From Candidatus Omnitrophota bacterium (GTDB lineage: Bacteria > Omnitrophota > Gorgyraeia > Gygaellales > Profunditerraquicolaceae): a DNA stretch of 26,854 nt. Below, piece by piece: positions 18,835-26,854 of this stretch. The position numbers were made by a program, and so were the translations under genes. Each line of letters starts with the position of its first letter. Position 1 is the stretch's first letter. The DNA is taken from NCBI GenBank assembly GCA_023819035.1, contig JAMWCL010000017.1:1-26854 (forward strand). Reading direction: 5' to 3'. The notes under the pieces are model-generated. The model did no database searches. It saw only the letters and a list, made by a program, of their open reading frames with translations, and had not been told where the DNA came from.

Positions 18835-19038
18835 ATGGCAAGAAAAGAAGAGATTGAGATCTTAATCTCTGAAGATGGTTTTATAAAATTTCATATTAAA
18901 GGAATAAAGGGTCCAAAGTGCTTGGATTTGGCTAAAGTAGTAGGAAAGCCTTTAGGAGAGTTAAAAGATGTTAATTTAACTTCAGAATATTATGAAAAAG
19001 AAATAATAAAAGAGAAAGCTAAACAAAAAATTAAATAA
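18835..19038 (+). CDS. DUF2997-like small protein
   Basis: 'ISEDGFIKFHIKGIKGPKCLDLAKVVGKPLGELKDVNLTSEYY' matches the G-x-x-C...LG...T-x-EYY pattern recalled for DUF2997. SD AAGGAG. 67 aa. Confidence 0.55.
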   Translation: MARKEEIEILISEDGFIKFHIKGIKGPKCLDLAKVVGKPLGELKDVNLTSEYYEKEIIKEKAKQKIK

Positions 19039-19065
19039 AAAGGAAAGCCCAAAATCTCTTTAATT

Positions 19066-19105
19066 GCACAAAATAAGCATTGCTTAAAATGTGCAGATGG
19101 TTTTT
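19066..19105 (+). terminator. candidate intrinsic terminator after the AAA/DUF operon
   Basis: Nested inverted repeat GCACA(19066-19070)...AAGCA-T-TGCTT(19075-19085)...TGTGC(19090-19094), followed by a T5 run (19101-19105). Imperfect stem. Confidence 0.3.
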
Positions 19106-19232
19106 AAAATTTTCTCCGGTAGAAAAATTGAGAATAGCAAAGAGAGCAGAAAAATTTCTAAAAGTACTACAAAATGCAAAATAAACCCATTTTAGAAAAA
19201 GAGTTCCTCTTCTTTAAATTAATGCATAAGAA

Positions 19233-19295
19233 ATGAGTAATTTTAAATCTCAATGTGAATTTGAATATGAACATAAAAAAGAAATCTTTATTTAG
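19233..19295 (+). repeat. duplicated 5' fragment of the AAA ATPase gene (remnant ORF MSNFKSQCEFEYEHKKEIFI*)
   Basis: 'ATGAGTAATTTTAAATCTCAATGTGAA' versus the gene start at 16119 'ATGGGAAATTTTAAATCTCAATGCGAG'. An identical 17-mer AATTTTAAATCTCAATG. The peptide MSNFKSQCE matches MGNFKSQCE. Confidence 0.5.
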
Positions 19296-19467
19296 AAAAA
19301 TTAAAGAATTTAGTATTAAGTCTATTAAAAGATGAGCCACTTAAGGTCTTTTTCTTTGGTTCTCGAGCAAGGAAAGACTGCATATTCAATCTGATGTGGA
19401 TATAGGATTATTCCCTATGGAAAGATTAGATTTAAGATTTAAAGACTTTGGAAGAGATATTAAATAA
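19277..19467 (+). pseudogene. MNT-type nucleotidyltransferase (HEPN/MNT toxin-antitoxin family) remnant, start lost and frameshifted
   Basis: Frame a gives '...LKDEPLKVFFFGSRARKDCIFN' (stop at 19403). The next frame gives 'SDVDIGLFPMERLDLRFKDFGRDIK*' (stop 19465-19467). Together they form the LFGSxARG...SDxDIxx signature, but there is no start codon. Confidence 0.5.
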
Positions 19468-19590
19468 ACCATTTAGGCGGAATGAGACTTTGTATACGTA
19501 TCGGGAAGAAGTCGCACAAAAAATCTATGATGCTATTAAAAATTATTACTCTTTGATGGAGAGAATCCTCAATAAATTTAAAGATAAGTT

Positions 19591-22284
19591 ATGAACGAAA
19601 TTCCAACTCAATACAATCCAAAAGAGGTAGAAGATAAGTGGTATAAGTTTTGGGAAGAGAATGATTTATTTTTTGCCAAATCAAATTCTATAAAAAAACC
19701 TTTCTCTATCGTTATACCTCCACCAAATATTACTGGTATTTTACATATGGGTCATGCCCTGAATAATACTATTCAGGATATTTTAATCAGATATTATAGA
19801 ATGAAGGGATATGAGGCTCTCTGGTTGCCGGGAACTGACCATGCAGGAATTGCCACTCAAAATGTAGTAGAAAAACAGATTGCTAAAGAGGGTCTAAGAA
19901 GGCAGGATTTAGGAAGAGAGAAATTTTTAGAGAGGGTCTGGGAATGGAAAGAAAAATACGGCTCAAACATTATTAAACAACTTAAAAGATTAGGTGCTTC
20001 TTGCGATTGGAGAAGGGAACGCTTTACCATGGATCAGGCCTATTCTGAAGCCGTAAATGAGGTATTTGTTCGCCTTTATGAGAAAGGCCTGATTTACCAG
20101 GGAAGCTATATAATAAATTGGTGCCCGCGATGTCAAACCGCTTTATCTGATGAAGAAGCGCCTCATAAAGAGATAGAAGGAAGTTTATATTATATAAGAT
20201 ATCCTTTTAAAGAACACCCGGATAGTTTTATAGTAGTAGCTACTACACGGCCTGAGACAATGTTAGGCGATACTGCGGTAGCTGTGCATCCTTATGATCA
20301 CCGTTATAAGAAATTCATAGGAAAGACATTGATTCTACCTTTAATTAACCGAGAGATAAAAATTATTGCTGATTCTGTTGTAGATAGAAAATTCGGTACC
20401 GGTGCGGTAAAGGTTACCCCTGCCCATGACCCTGTAGATTACCAGTTAGGTAAGAAGCATAACCTTGAATTCATCAATATAATGGATGTGTCAGCAATTC
20501 TTAATGAAAATGCAGGTAAATATAAAGGCTTAGATAGATTTCAAGCACGAAAATTAATCACTGAGGATTTAAAGACGGAAAATCTTTTAGAAAAAATTGA
20601 GTCTTATAAGATCTCGGTAGGGCACTGTTATCGTTGTAATACTATTATTGAGCCATACCTGTCAACTCAGTGGTTTGTAAAGATGAAGCCTCTGGCAGAG
20701 CCAGCGATTAAGGTAGTAAAGGAAGGAAGGATTAGATTTCATCCTAAACGTTGGACGAAGGTATACCTTAACTGGATGGAGAATATTAAGGATTGGTGTA
20801 TCTCTCGCCAGATCTGGTGGGGGCATCGCCTCCCCGTATATTATTGTAGAGATTGTCAACAGAGAGATAAATCCCAAACCCCAGATTCTAACTCCCAAAT
20901 AAATCTCAAAGAAGAACCCGGACTCATTGTTTCAAAAGAAAAACCAGAAAAGTGTCCTTTCTGTGGCTCAACGGATATCTATCAGGATGAGGATGTATTG
21001 GATACATGGTTTTCCAGTTGGCTTTGGCCATTTGCAACATTTTATTGGCCAAAGGAGACCGAAGAGCTTAAATATTTTTATCCTACCTCAGTGCTGGTTA
21101 CTGCCCCAGAGATTATCTTTTTTTGGGTTGCCCGCATGATTATGGCGGGTTTAGAGTTTATGGGTGAGATTCCCTTTTCTGATGTTTATATCCATGGCAC
21201 TGTAAGGGATATCGAAGGAAGAAAGATGTCAAAATCACTTGGTAATATAATTGACCCTTTAGAGATAATCGAACATGTGGGTGCGGATGCTTTAAGGTTT
21301 AGTCTTATGTTAATTACCGCTTGCGGTCAGGATATCTTTTTATCTGAGGAGAAATTTAAAACAGGAAGGAATTTTGCCAATAAAATCTGGAATGCCTCAA
21401 GGTTTGTCTTAATGAATCTTAATCCTGAAGAGGTGAGGGTGGATCTTTGCGTCTTTTTTAAGAAAGAAGACTTAAGTTTAATTAATCGCTGGATTTTAAG
21501 TAGATTTTATTCAATATTAAAAAAGATAACCAAAGCCTTAGATAATTATCGCTTTAATGAGGCAGCAAATCTTCTTTATAGTTTTTTCTGGCATGAATTC
21601 TGTGATTGGTATTTAGAGATTACAAAAGCAGATATTAAAGACAAACATAATCAAGTAGTAATGTATAAGATCTTAGAAAAGTTCCTTAGGATACTGCATC
21701 CTTTTATGCCGTTTATTACCGAAGAGATCTGGCAGAGGTTACCCTCTCCGGATCAGTCGATTATGCTTCAGCCCTGGCCCCATGTTCAGGAAGAGATGAT
21801 CGATAAAAAATTGGAAGAGGATGTAAGGTTTTTATTTTCCGTGATTACCCAGATAAGAAATTTCCGGAGTTTAATTGAGATTAAACCTGAACAAAAGGTA
21901 GATATTTCCGTATATCCTCATACAAAGAAAAGATTGGATTTAATTCAACAGCATTCTTTAATGATTAAAAATTTAGCCAAGGTTAACCAGTTACAGATAC
22001 TTAGGGTAGATAAGCCACCCCGTCCCAGCTTAAGTGCGATTGTGGAGGATATAGATATATACTTACATTTTACAAGGCTTATTGATATTAAGAAGGAACA
22101 GTTAAGGATAAAAGAGATGATTTCAGAGCTATCAGCGATTTGCAAAAAGAAAGAACAGAACATAAAGAATAAAGAATTTATCCATAAAGCACCCAAAGAG
22201 ATAGTTACAAAAGAACGTAATGAGATAAAAAGATTAAAAGGAGAGATAATCCGCTTAGAAAAAATTTATAACGAGCTATGTTAA
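19591..22284 (+). CDS. valS: valine--tRNA ligase
   Basis: 'PPPNITGILHMGHALN' HIGH motif, 'KMSKSLGN' KMSKS motif, CP1 editing region, C-terminal coiled coil. 897 aa. Confidence 0.92.
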   Translation: MNEIPTQYNPKEVEDKWYKFWEENDLFFAKSNSIKKPFSIVIPPPNITGILHMGHALNNTIQDILIRYYRMKGYEALWLPGTDHAGIATQNVVEKQIAKEGLRRQDLGREKFLERVWEWKEKYGSNIIKQLKRLGASCDWRRERFTMDQAYSEAVNEVFVRLYEKGLIYQGSYIINWCPRCQTALSDEEAPHKEIEGSLYYIRYPFKEHPDSFIVVATTRPETMLGDTAVAVHPYDHRYKKFIGKTLILPLINREIKIIADSVVDRKFGTGAVKVTPAHDPVDYQLGKKHNLEFINIMDVSAILNENAGKYKGLDRFQARKLITEDLKTENLLEKIESYKISVGHCYRCNTIIEPYLSTQWFVKMKPLAEPAIKVVKEGRIRFHPKRWTKVYLNWMENIKDWCISRQIWWGHRLPVYYCRDCQQRDKSQTPDSNSQINLKEEPGLIVSKEKPEKCPFCGSTDIYQDEDVLDTWFSSWLWPFATFYWPKETEELKYFYPTSVLVTAPEIIFFWVARMIMAGLEFMGEIPFSDVYIHGTVRDIEGRKMSKSLGNIIDPLEIIEHVGADALRFSLMLITACGQDIFLSEEKFKTGRNFANKIWNASRFVLMNLNPEEVRVDLCVFFKKEDLSLINRWILSRFYSILKKITKALDNYRFNEAANLLYSFFWHEFCDWYLEITKADIKDKHNQVVMYKILEKFLRILHPFMPFITEEIWQRLPSPDQSIMLQPWPHVQEEMIDKKLEEDVRFLFSVITQIRNFRSLIEIKPEQKVDISVYPHTKKRLDLIQQHSLMIKNLAKVNQLQILRVDKPPRPSLSAIVEDIDIYLHFTRLIDIKKEQLRIKEMISELSAICKKKEQNIKNKEFIHKAPKEIVTKERNEIKRLKGEIIRLEKIYNELC

Positions 22285-23153
22285 ATGATTCTAACTTAAA
22301 AAAGATTATAAAAAATGCCTTAAAAGAAGATATTGGGAAGAAGGATATTACTACCGAATTGATTATCCCTAAGGATAAGATAATTAAAGCAGTTTTATTA
22401 GCTAAGCAAGATCTTGTAGTCTGCGGTTTAAAGGTAGCTGGTTTAACTTTTAAAATTCTGGACAGAAATATTAAATTTAAACCACTTGTTTCTGATGGTA
22501 ATTGGATTAAAAAAGGAAAGGTGCTGGCTAAGATTAAAGGAAAGGCAGTTTCTATTTTAACCGCCGAAAGAACAGCTTTAAATTTTCTCACCCATCTTTC
22601 AGGAATTGCAACGCTTACGCGAAGGTTTGTAGAAGCCGCAAGACCTTATAAAGTAAAGATTATGGATACCCGGAAAACCCTGCCCGGCTTAAGGGCTTTA
22701 GAAAAATATGCGGTAAGGATAGGAGGAGGGTTTAATCATCGTTTTAGCTTAGACCAGATGATTTTAATTAAGGATAATCATTTAGCAAGCTTAGATAAGT
22801 ATCCCTCTTTGCAGAAGATCCAGGATGCCCTGAAGCTTGCTAGGGCAAGGAAACCCAAAAAGATTAAATTGGAGATTGAGGTAAAGAACCTAAGACAATT
22901 TAACCTTGCCCTTAAGGAGAAACCTGATATTATCATGTTAGATAACATAGGTATAAAGAAGATAAAGCAGGCAGTAGCAATAAGAAACCGGATTCAGCGC
23001 TGTCTTTACAGTTTAAAGCCAAAATTAGAGGCATCTGGCAAGATTAATCTTAAGAATATTAAAAAGATTGCTTCCACCGGTGTAGATATGATTTCTATCG
23101 GTGCCTTAACCCATTCTGCTCCCTCTGTAGATATAAGCCTGGAAGTCCTTTAG
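22278..23153 (+). CDS. nadC: nicotinate-nucleotide pyrophosphorylase (carboxylating) / quinolinate phosphoribosyltransferase
   Basis: '[41 protein letters not shown]' gives the QPRTase signature. 291 aa. Overlaps the valS stop. Confidence 0.88.
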   Translation: MLNDSNLKKIIKNALKEDIGKKDITTELIIPKDKIIKAVLLAKQDLVVCGLKVAGLTFKILDRNIKFKPLVSDGNWIKKGKVLAKIKGKAVSILTAERTALNFLTHLSGIATLTRRFVEAARPYKVKIMDTRKTLPGLRALEKYAVRIGGGFNHRFSLDQMILIKDNHLASLDKYPSLQKIQDALKLARARKPKKIKLEIEVKNLRQFNLALKEKPDIIMLDNIGIKKIKQAVAIRNRIQRCLYSLKPKLEASGKINLKNIKKIASTGVDMISIGALTHSAPSVDISLEVL

Positions 23154-23164
23154 GTTATTTCCTT

Positions 23165-25177
23165 ATGGAAAGATTTAAGTTAGTTTCAGATTATAAGCCC
23201 GCCGGTGACCAGCCAAAGGCAATTAAGCAGTTAACTGAGGCGCTTTTATCCGGAGAAAGATATCTGACCCTTTTGGGGGTCACCGGTTCAGGGAAAACCT
23301 TTACCTTAGCCAATGTAATTGCCAATGTGAATCTTCCTACCCTGGTAATTTCCCATAATAAAACCTTAGCCGCTCAGTTATATTCGGAATTCAGAGAATT
23401 TTTTCCTTACAATGCAGTGGAATATTTTGTAAGTTACTATGATTATTATCAGCCTGAAGCTTACATTCCTTCCACTGATACCTATATAGAAAAGGATGCT
23501 TCTATCAATGAACGTTTAGATCGCTTAAGACTCTCTGCCACCTCAAGCCTTATGGCACGTAAGGATGTAATTATTGTTGCTTCGGTTTCTTGTATCTATA
23601 ACCTGGGGTCTCCTGAGGAATACCGGGGTTTACTGGTGTTTGTAGAAAATGATCAGATTATCTTAAGGGATGAGCTGATTGCAAGATTTATTCAGATTCA
23701 ATATGAAAGAAACGACTATGAGTTTATCCGAGGAAGGCTTCGTGTAAGGGGGGATGTTGTGGAGATATTCCCCTCTTATCAACAGAAAGCATTACGGATT
23801 GAATTTTTTGGGGATAGAATTAAAAAGATCTCTGAATTCGATCCGGTTTCAGGTAAGATTCTAAATGTCTTAGATAAGGTAGCCATCTATCCTGCTAAAC
23901 ACTTTATTGTTTCTGCAGATAGAATTGAATCAGCACTTAAATCCATTGAATGGGAGCTTATAGACAGGGTCAATTTTTTAAAAAAGAATAATAAATTATT
24001 AGAGGCCCAGCGCTTAGAAACGCGTACCCGCTACGATATGGAGATGCTTAAAGAAATAGGATATTGTCATGGGATTGAAAATTATTCCCGTCACCTCTCG
24101 GGCAGACCTCCCGGCTCAAGGCCATATTGCCTCATTAATTATTTTTCTGAAGATTTTCTCATTATAATTGATGAATCACATGTAACGCTTCCCCAATTAA
24201 GGGGTATGTATGAGAGCGACCGTTCGCGCAAAGAGGTTTTGGTAGAGTATGGATTCAGGCTTCCCTCCTGTTTAGATAACCGTCCTTTAAAATTTGAGGA
24301 GTTTGAGGAATTAGCCAAAAGGGTAATCTTTGTCTCCGCTACTCCTGATGAATATGAGATTAACAAAAGTAAAGGCAGGCTCATCGAACAGATTATTCGC
24401 CCAACAGGTTTGGTTGACCCGGAAATCATCGTGAAACCCACAGAAAATCAGGTTGAGGATTTAATTAAAGAAATAAAAAAGAGGCAAAAGAAAAATGAAA
24501 GGGTGTTGGTTACCACATTAACTAAAAGGATGGCTGAAGATCTGACTAATTATTTGCAAGAAAAAGGGCTTAAGGTAAGGTATCTGCATTCAGAGATTGA
24601 GACGATTCATCGGGCAAAGATCTTAAGGGATTTAAGAAAAAAAGAATTTGATTGCCTGATAGGAATAAATCTTTTAAGAGAAGGTTTGGATTTGCCTGAG
24701 GTATCTTTAGTGGCAATCCTGGATGCGGACAAGGAAGGCTTCTTACGTTCAGCAACCTCCTTAATTCAAGTCGCAGGAAGGGCAGCACGAAACATCAATG
24801 GTACAGTGATTATGTATGCCGATAATCTTACCTCCTCTATAAAAAAAGCTATTAAGGAAAGTAACCGTAGAAGAGATATTCAACTTGAGCATAATCGGAA
24901 ATATAAAATCAGTCCCAAGACAATCCAGAAAGCAATTCGCGAAGGAATTGAAGATCTGTATGAAGCAGAAAGATTTGTTCAGGAGCTTACCGGTCAGGAT
25001 AAGGATACTTATGACTTGAAAACTTATATTTCTGAGTTAGAATATGAGATGGAACTTGCTGCTCGGAATTTACAATTTGAGAAAGCAGCTATGCTTAGGG
25101 ATAAAATAAAACAGTTAAGCTTAGCCTTGGATTCTAAAGGGATAAATAAAGATGTTGTTAGCAGTAGATATCGGTAA
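23165..25177 (+). CDS. uvrB: excinuclease ABC subunit B
   Basis: Walker A '[10 protein letters not shown]', helicase motifs ('VIIDESHVT', 'QVAGRAARN'), and a C-terminal UvrB-UvrC interaction coiled coil '[19 protein letters not shown]'. 670 aa. Confidence 0.92.
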   Translation: MERFKLVSDYKPAGDQPKAIKQLTEALLSGERYLTLLGVTGSGKTFTLANVIANVNLPTLVISHNKTLAAQLYSEFREFFPYNAVEYFVSYYDYYQPEAYIPSTDTYIEKDASINERLDRLRLSATSSLMARKDVIIVASVSCIYNLGSPEEYRGLLVFVENDQIILRDELIARFIQIQYERNDYEFIRGRLRVRGDVVEIFPSYQQKALRIEFFGDRIKKISEFDPVSGKILNVLDKVAIYPAKHFIVSADRIESALKSIEWELIDRVNFLKKNNKLLEAQRLETRTRYDMEMLKEIGYCHGIENYSRHLSGRPPGSRPYCLINYFSEDFLIIIDESHVTLPQLRGMYESDRSRKEVLVEYGFRLPSCLDNRPLKFEEFEELAKRVIFVSATPDEYEINKSKGRLIEQIIRPTGLVDPEIIVKPTENQVEDLIKEIKKRQKKNERVLVTTLTKRMAEDLTNYLQEKGLKVRYLHSEIETIHRAKILRDLRKKEFDCLIGINLLREGLDLPEVSLVAILDADKEGFLRSATSLIQVAGRAARNINGTVIMYADNLTSSIKKAIKESNRRRDIQLEHNRKYKISPKTIQKAIREGIEDLYEAERFVQELTGQDKDTYDLKTYISELEYEMELAARNLQFEKAAMLRDKIKQLSLALDSKGINKDVVSSRYR

Positions 25178-25892
25178 TACTAATATCAGCTTTGGGATTT
25201 TTAAGGCCAATAGAATAATTAAGCGTTTTGATATTTGTGGAAGGAACTATGAGAGAAGGATATTAAAGAAAAAAATAGCTAAATTTAAATTAGATGGCGC
25301 AGTAATCTGTAGCGTGGTTCCTTATCTTACTGCTGTTATTAAGAAAGATATAAAAAGATTATTAGGGATTAACCCTTTCATTCTCGGTAAAGATATCCGG
25401 GTGCCAATAAAGAATCTTTACCGCAATCCAAGAGGATTGGGTCAGGACCGTCTGGTGAATGCTTATGCAGGAATAAACCTTCATCGAGCCCCTTTGATTA
25501 TTATAGATTTGGGAACCGCAATTACCTTTGATATCATCTCAAAGGATAAGACCTATTTAGGAGGATTGATCTTGCCTGGTTTAAGGCTTTCTATAGAAGC
25601 GCTCTCAGAGAAGACAGCTTTATTACCCAAGATAAGATTAGAAAGACCTAAGGAATTTATTGGCGGTGATACCAAAAGCTGTATCCTAAGCGGAGTACTC
25701 TATGGTTATGCCACAATGATTGAGGGATTATCTAAGAAGATAAAGGAAAGGCTGGGAGGAAGTTCTCTCATTATTGGTACAGGTGGTGATATCAGGCTTT
25801 TAAGAAGATACTGCAGGATTTTTGATAAAATAGATAAGGATCTGACCCTTAAAGGATTAAATCTAATTTATCATCATCTATGTCAGAGATAG
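25152..25892 (+). CDS. coaX: type III pantothenate kinase
   Basis: '[15 protein letters not shown]' ASKHA phosphate-1 motif and '[11 protein letters not shown]'. 246 aa. Overlaps the uvrB end. Confidence 0.85.
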   Translation: MLLAVDIGNTNISFGIFKANRIIKRFDICGRNYERRILKKKIAKFKLDGAVICSVVPYLTAVIKKDIKRLLGINPFILGKDIRVPIKNLYRNPRGLGQDRLVNAYAGINLHRAPLIIIDLGTAITFDIISKDKTYLGGLILPGLRLSIEALSEKTALLPKIRLERPKEFIGGDTKSCILSGVLYGYATMIEGLSKKIKERLGGSSLIIGTGGDIRLLRRYCRIFDKIDKDLTLKGLNLIYHHLCQR

Positions 25893-26248
25893 AAAAAAGG
25901 AGATTTCGCCGTTTAACTACATCTATTAAGATAGAATATAAATTATTTGATGATAAAACCGCTCCTTTTTTGGTGACCAGCACCAAGGATATAAGTGGAG
26001 GGGGGCTTTGTCTAAGGGTTTTTGACCAGTTTGAGGCCGGTAGTATTCTTCTGTTTAAGTTTATCTTACCCGGACTACCCAGATTTATCTTCACCAAAGG
26101 CAGGATCGTCTGGATAAAGGAGCTTAGCAGATTGGGCAAAGGTAAGGTTTTTGAATTAGGGGTAGAATTTATTGAGATTAAAGAAGAAGATAAAAAACGG
26201 ATTGAGGAGTACGTGCGGTTAAATAAAAATAATACAAAAAAGACTTGA
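25880..26248 (+). CDS. PilZ-domain protein (third paralogue)
   Basis: 'EKRRFRRL' (RxxxR) and 'KDISGGGLCL' (DxSxGG). 122 aa. Overlaps the coaX end by 13 nt. Confidence 0.7.
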   Translation: MSEIEKRRFRRLTTSIKIEYKLFDDKTAPFLVTSTKDISGGGLCLRVFDQFEAGSILLFKFILPGLPRFIFTKGRIVWIKELSRLGKGKVFELGVEFIEIKEEDKKRIEEYVRLNKNNTKKT

Positions 26249-26272
26249 CAAAAAATTTTTTTGTTTTATAAT
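26245..26272 (+). promoter_or_regulatory. sigma70-type promoter for groES-groEL: TTGACA (26245-26250) - N16 - TATAAT (26267-26272)
   Basis: Consensus -35 and -10 hexamers with 16-nt spacing, read directly. Sits immediately upstream of the CIRCE element. Confidence 0.6.
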
Positions 26273-26298
26273 TAGCAGTCTAGAATTTAGACTGCTAA
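26272..26298 (+). promoter_or_regulatory. CIRCE operator (HrcA binding site): TTAGCAGTC-N9-GACTGCTAA
   Basis: Perfect 9-bp inverted repeat with a 9-nt spacer. It is one base per arm off the consensus TTAGCACTC-N9-GAGTGCTAA. Lies between the promoter and the groES SD (GGAGGTG). Confidence 0.75.
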
Positions 26299-26324
26299 TT
26301 AAGCTTTAAAAATGGAGGTGGATA

Positions 26325-26615
26325 ATGAAGATTCAACCTTTGGCTGACCGGGTAGTAATTAAACCCTTAGAAGCAGAGGCAAAAACCAAAGGAGGAATAC
26401 TTTTGCCGGATACTGCTAAGGAGAAACCGCAAGAAGGAGAGGTTATCGCAGTAGGTAAGGGCAAGGTTTTAGATGATGGAAGGGTTTGCGCTTTGGAGGT
26501 TAAGGTAGGAGATAGGGTATTGTATAGTAAATACGCGGGCAATGAGATTACTACTAAGGACGGCGAGGAATTATTGATTGTTCGGGAAGAGGATATCCTG
26601 GCGATTATAAAATAA
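26325..26615 (+). CDS. groES: co-chaperonin GroES
   Basis: '[14 protein letters not shown]...[22 protein letters not shown]' is canonical. 96 aa. Confidence 0.92.
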   Translation: MKIQPLADRVVIKPLEAEAKTKGGILLPDTAKEKPQEGEVIAVGKGKVLDDGRVCALEVKVGDRVLYSKYAGNEITTKDGEELLIVREEDILAIIK

Positions 26616-26622
26616 AATTTAA

Positions 26623-26854
<232 letters not shown>

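Noticed and set aside
19040-19590. T-box or other leader upstream of valS
   Set aside because: No GGGTGG...ACCGCG T-box core or specifier-loop architecture was found. The region is better explained as pseudogene debris.
19478-19594. 38-codon ORF (ANETLYTYREEVAQKIYDAIKNYYSLMERILNKFKDKL) ending at the valS start, as a HEPN partner of the MNT remnant
   Set aside because: No Rx4-6H HEPN motif and no ATG. There is not enough evidence to call it, so it is listed only as debris within the decay zone.
22205-22591. 128-aa minus-strand ORF overlapping the valS end and nadC start
   Set aside because: Low-complexity hydrophobic translation antisense to two well-supported genes, with no motif. This is a shadow ORF, as are all the other minus-strand ORFs of 61-118 aa in the track.

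Overview
This is an AT-rich bacterial chromosomal segment, and every supported gene is on the + strand. No CRISPR array, rRNA or intact transposase is visible. A non-coding 1635-1829 gap with promoter-like elements, plus a tRNA-Pro(GGG) gene at 1830-1905, separates the first three genes from the rest.

Gene content, in order:
- 1-1634: the 3' part of a sensor histidine kinase, a single-domain CheY-like response regulator and a 121-aa hypothetical protein.
- 1830-2285: a tRNA-Pro(GGG) with promoter-like elements upstream, then a small PilZ gene.
- 2290-11195: a long co-directional run, often with overlapping stops and starts. It carries threonine/isoleucine-branch genes (hom, thrC, an ApgM-like alkaline-phosphatase-superfamily protein, lysC, a citramalate/isopropylmalate synthase), interleaved with a second PilZ gene, a stand-alone CoaB and a CstA-family transporter.
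- 11188-12421: three small accessory genes, including a minimal nucleotidyltransferase-fold protein.
- 12451-15977: a membrane-stress block of three genes (zinc-ribbon-fused M48 protease, TM+RCK_N, SPFH/band-7). All three are interrupted by frameshifts at short homopolymer runs.
- 16119-19038: a tightly coupled four-gene operon. It encodes a Ycf46-like AAA+ ATPase, a tail-anchored double-zinc-ribbon protein, a DUF1257-like protein and a DUF2997-like protein.
- 19040-19590: a gene-decay zone holding a duplicated 5' fragment of the AAA gene and a frameshifted MNT-type nucleotidyltransferase remnant.
- 19591-26854: valS, nadC, uvrB, coaX, a third PilZ paralogue, and groES plus the start of groEL behind a sigma70-like promoter with a CIRCE operator.

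The most interesting candidates are the uncharacterised AAA+/zinc-ribbon/DUF1257/DUF2997 operon, the localised cluster of frameshifts in the membrane-quality-control block, the three PilZ c-di-GMP receptor paralogues wedged into housekeeping operons, and the ApgM-like gene as a likely non-orthologous homoserine kinase.
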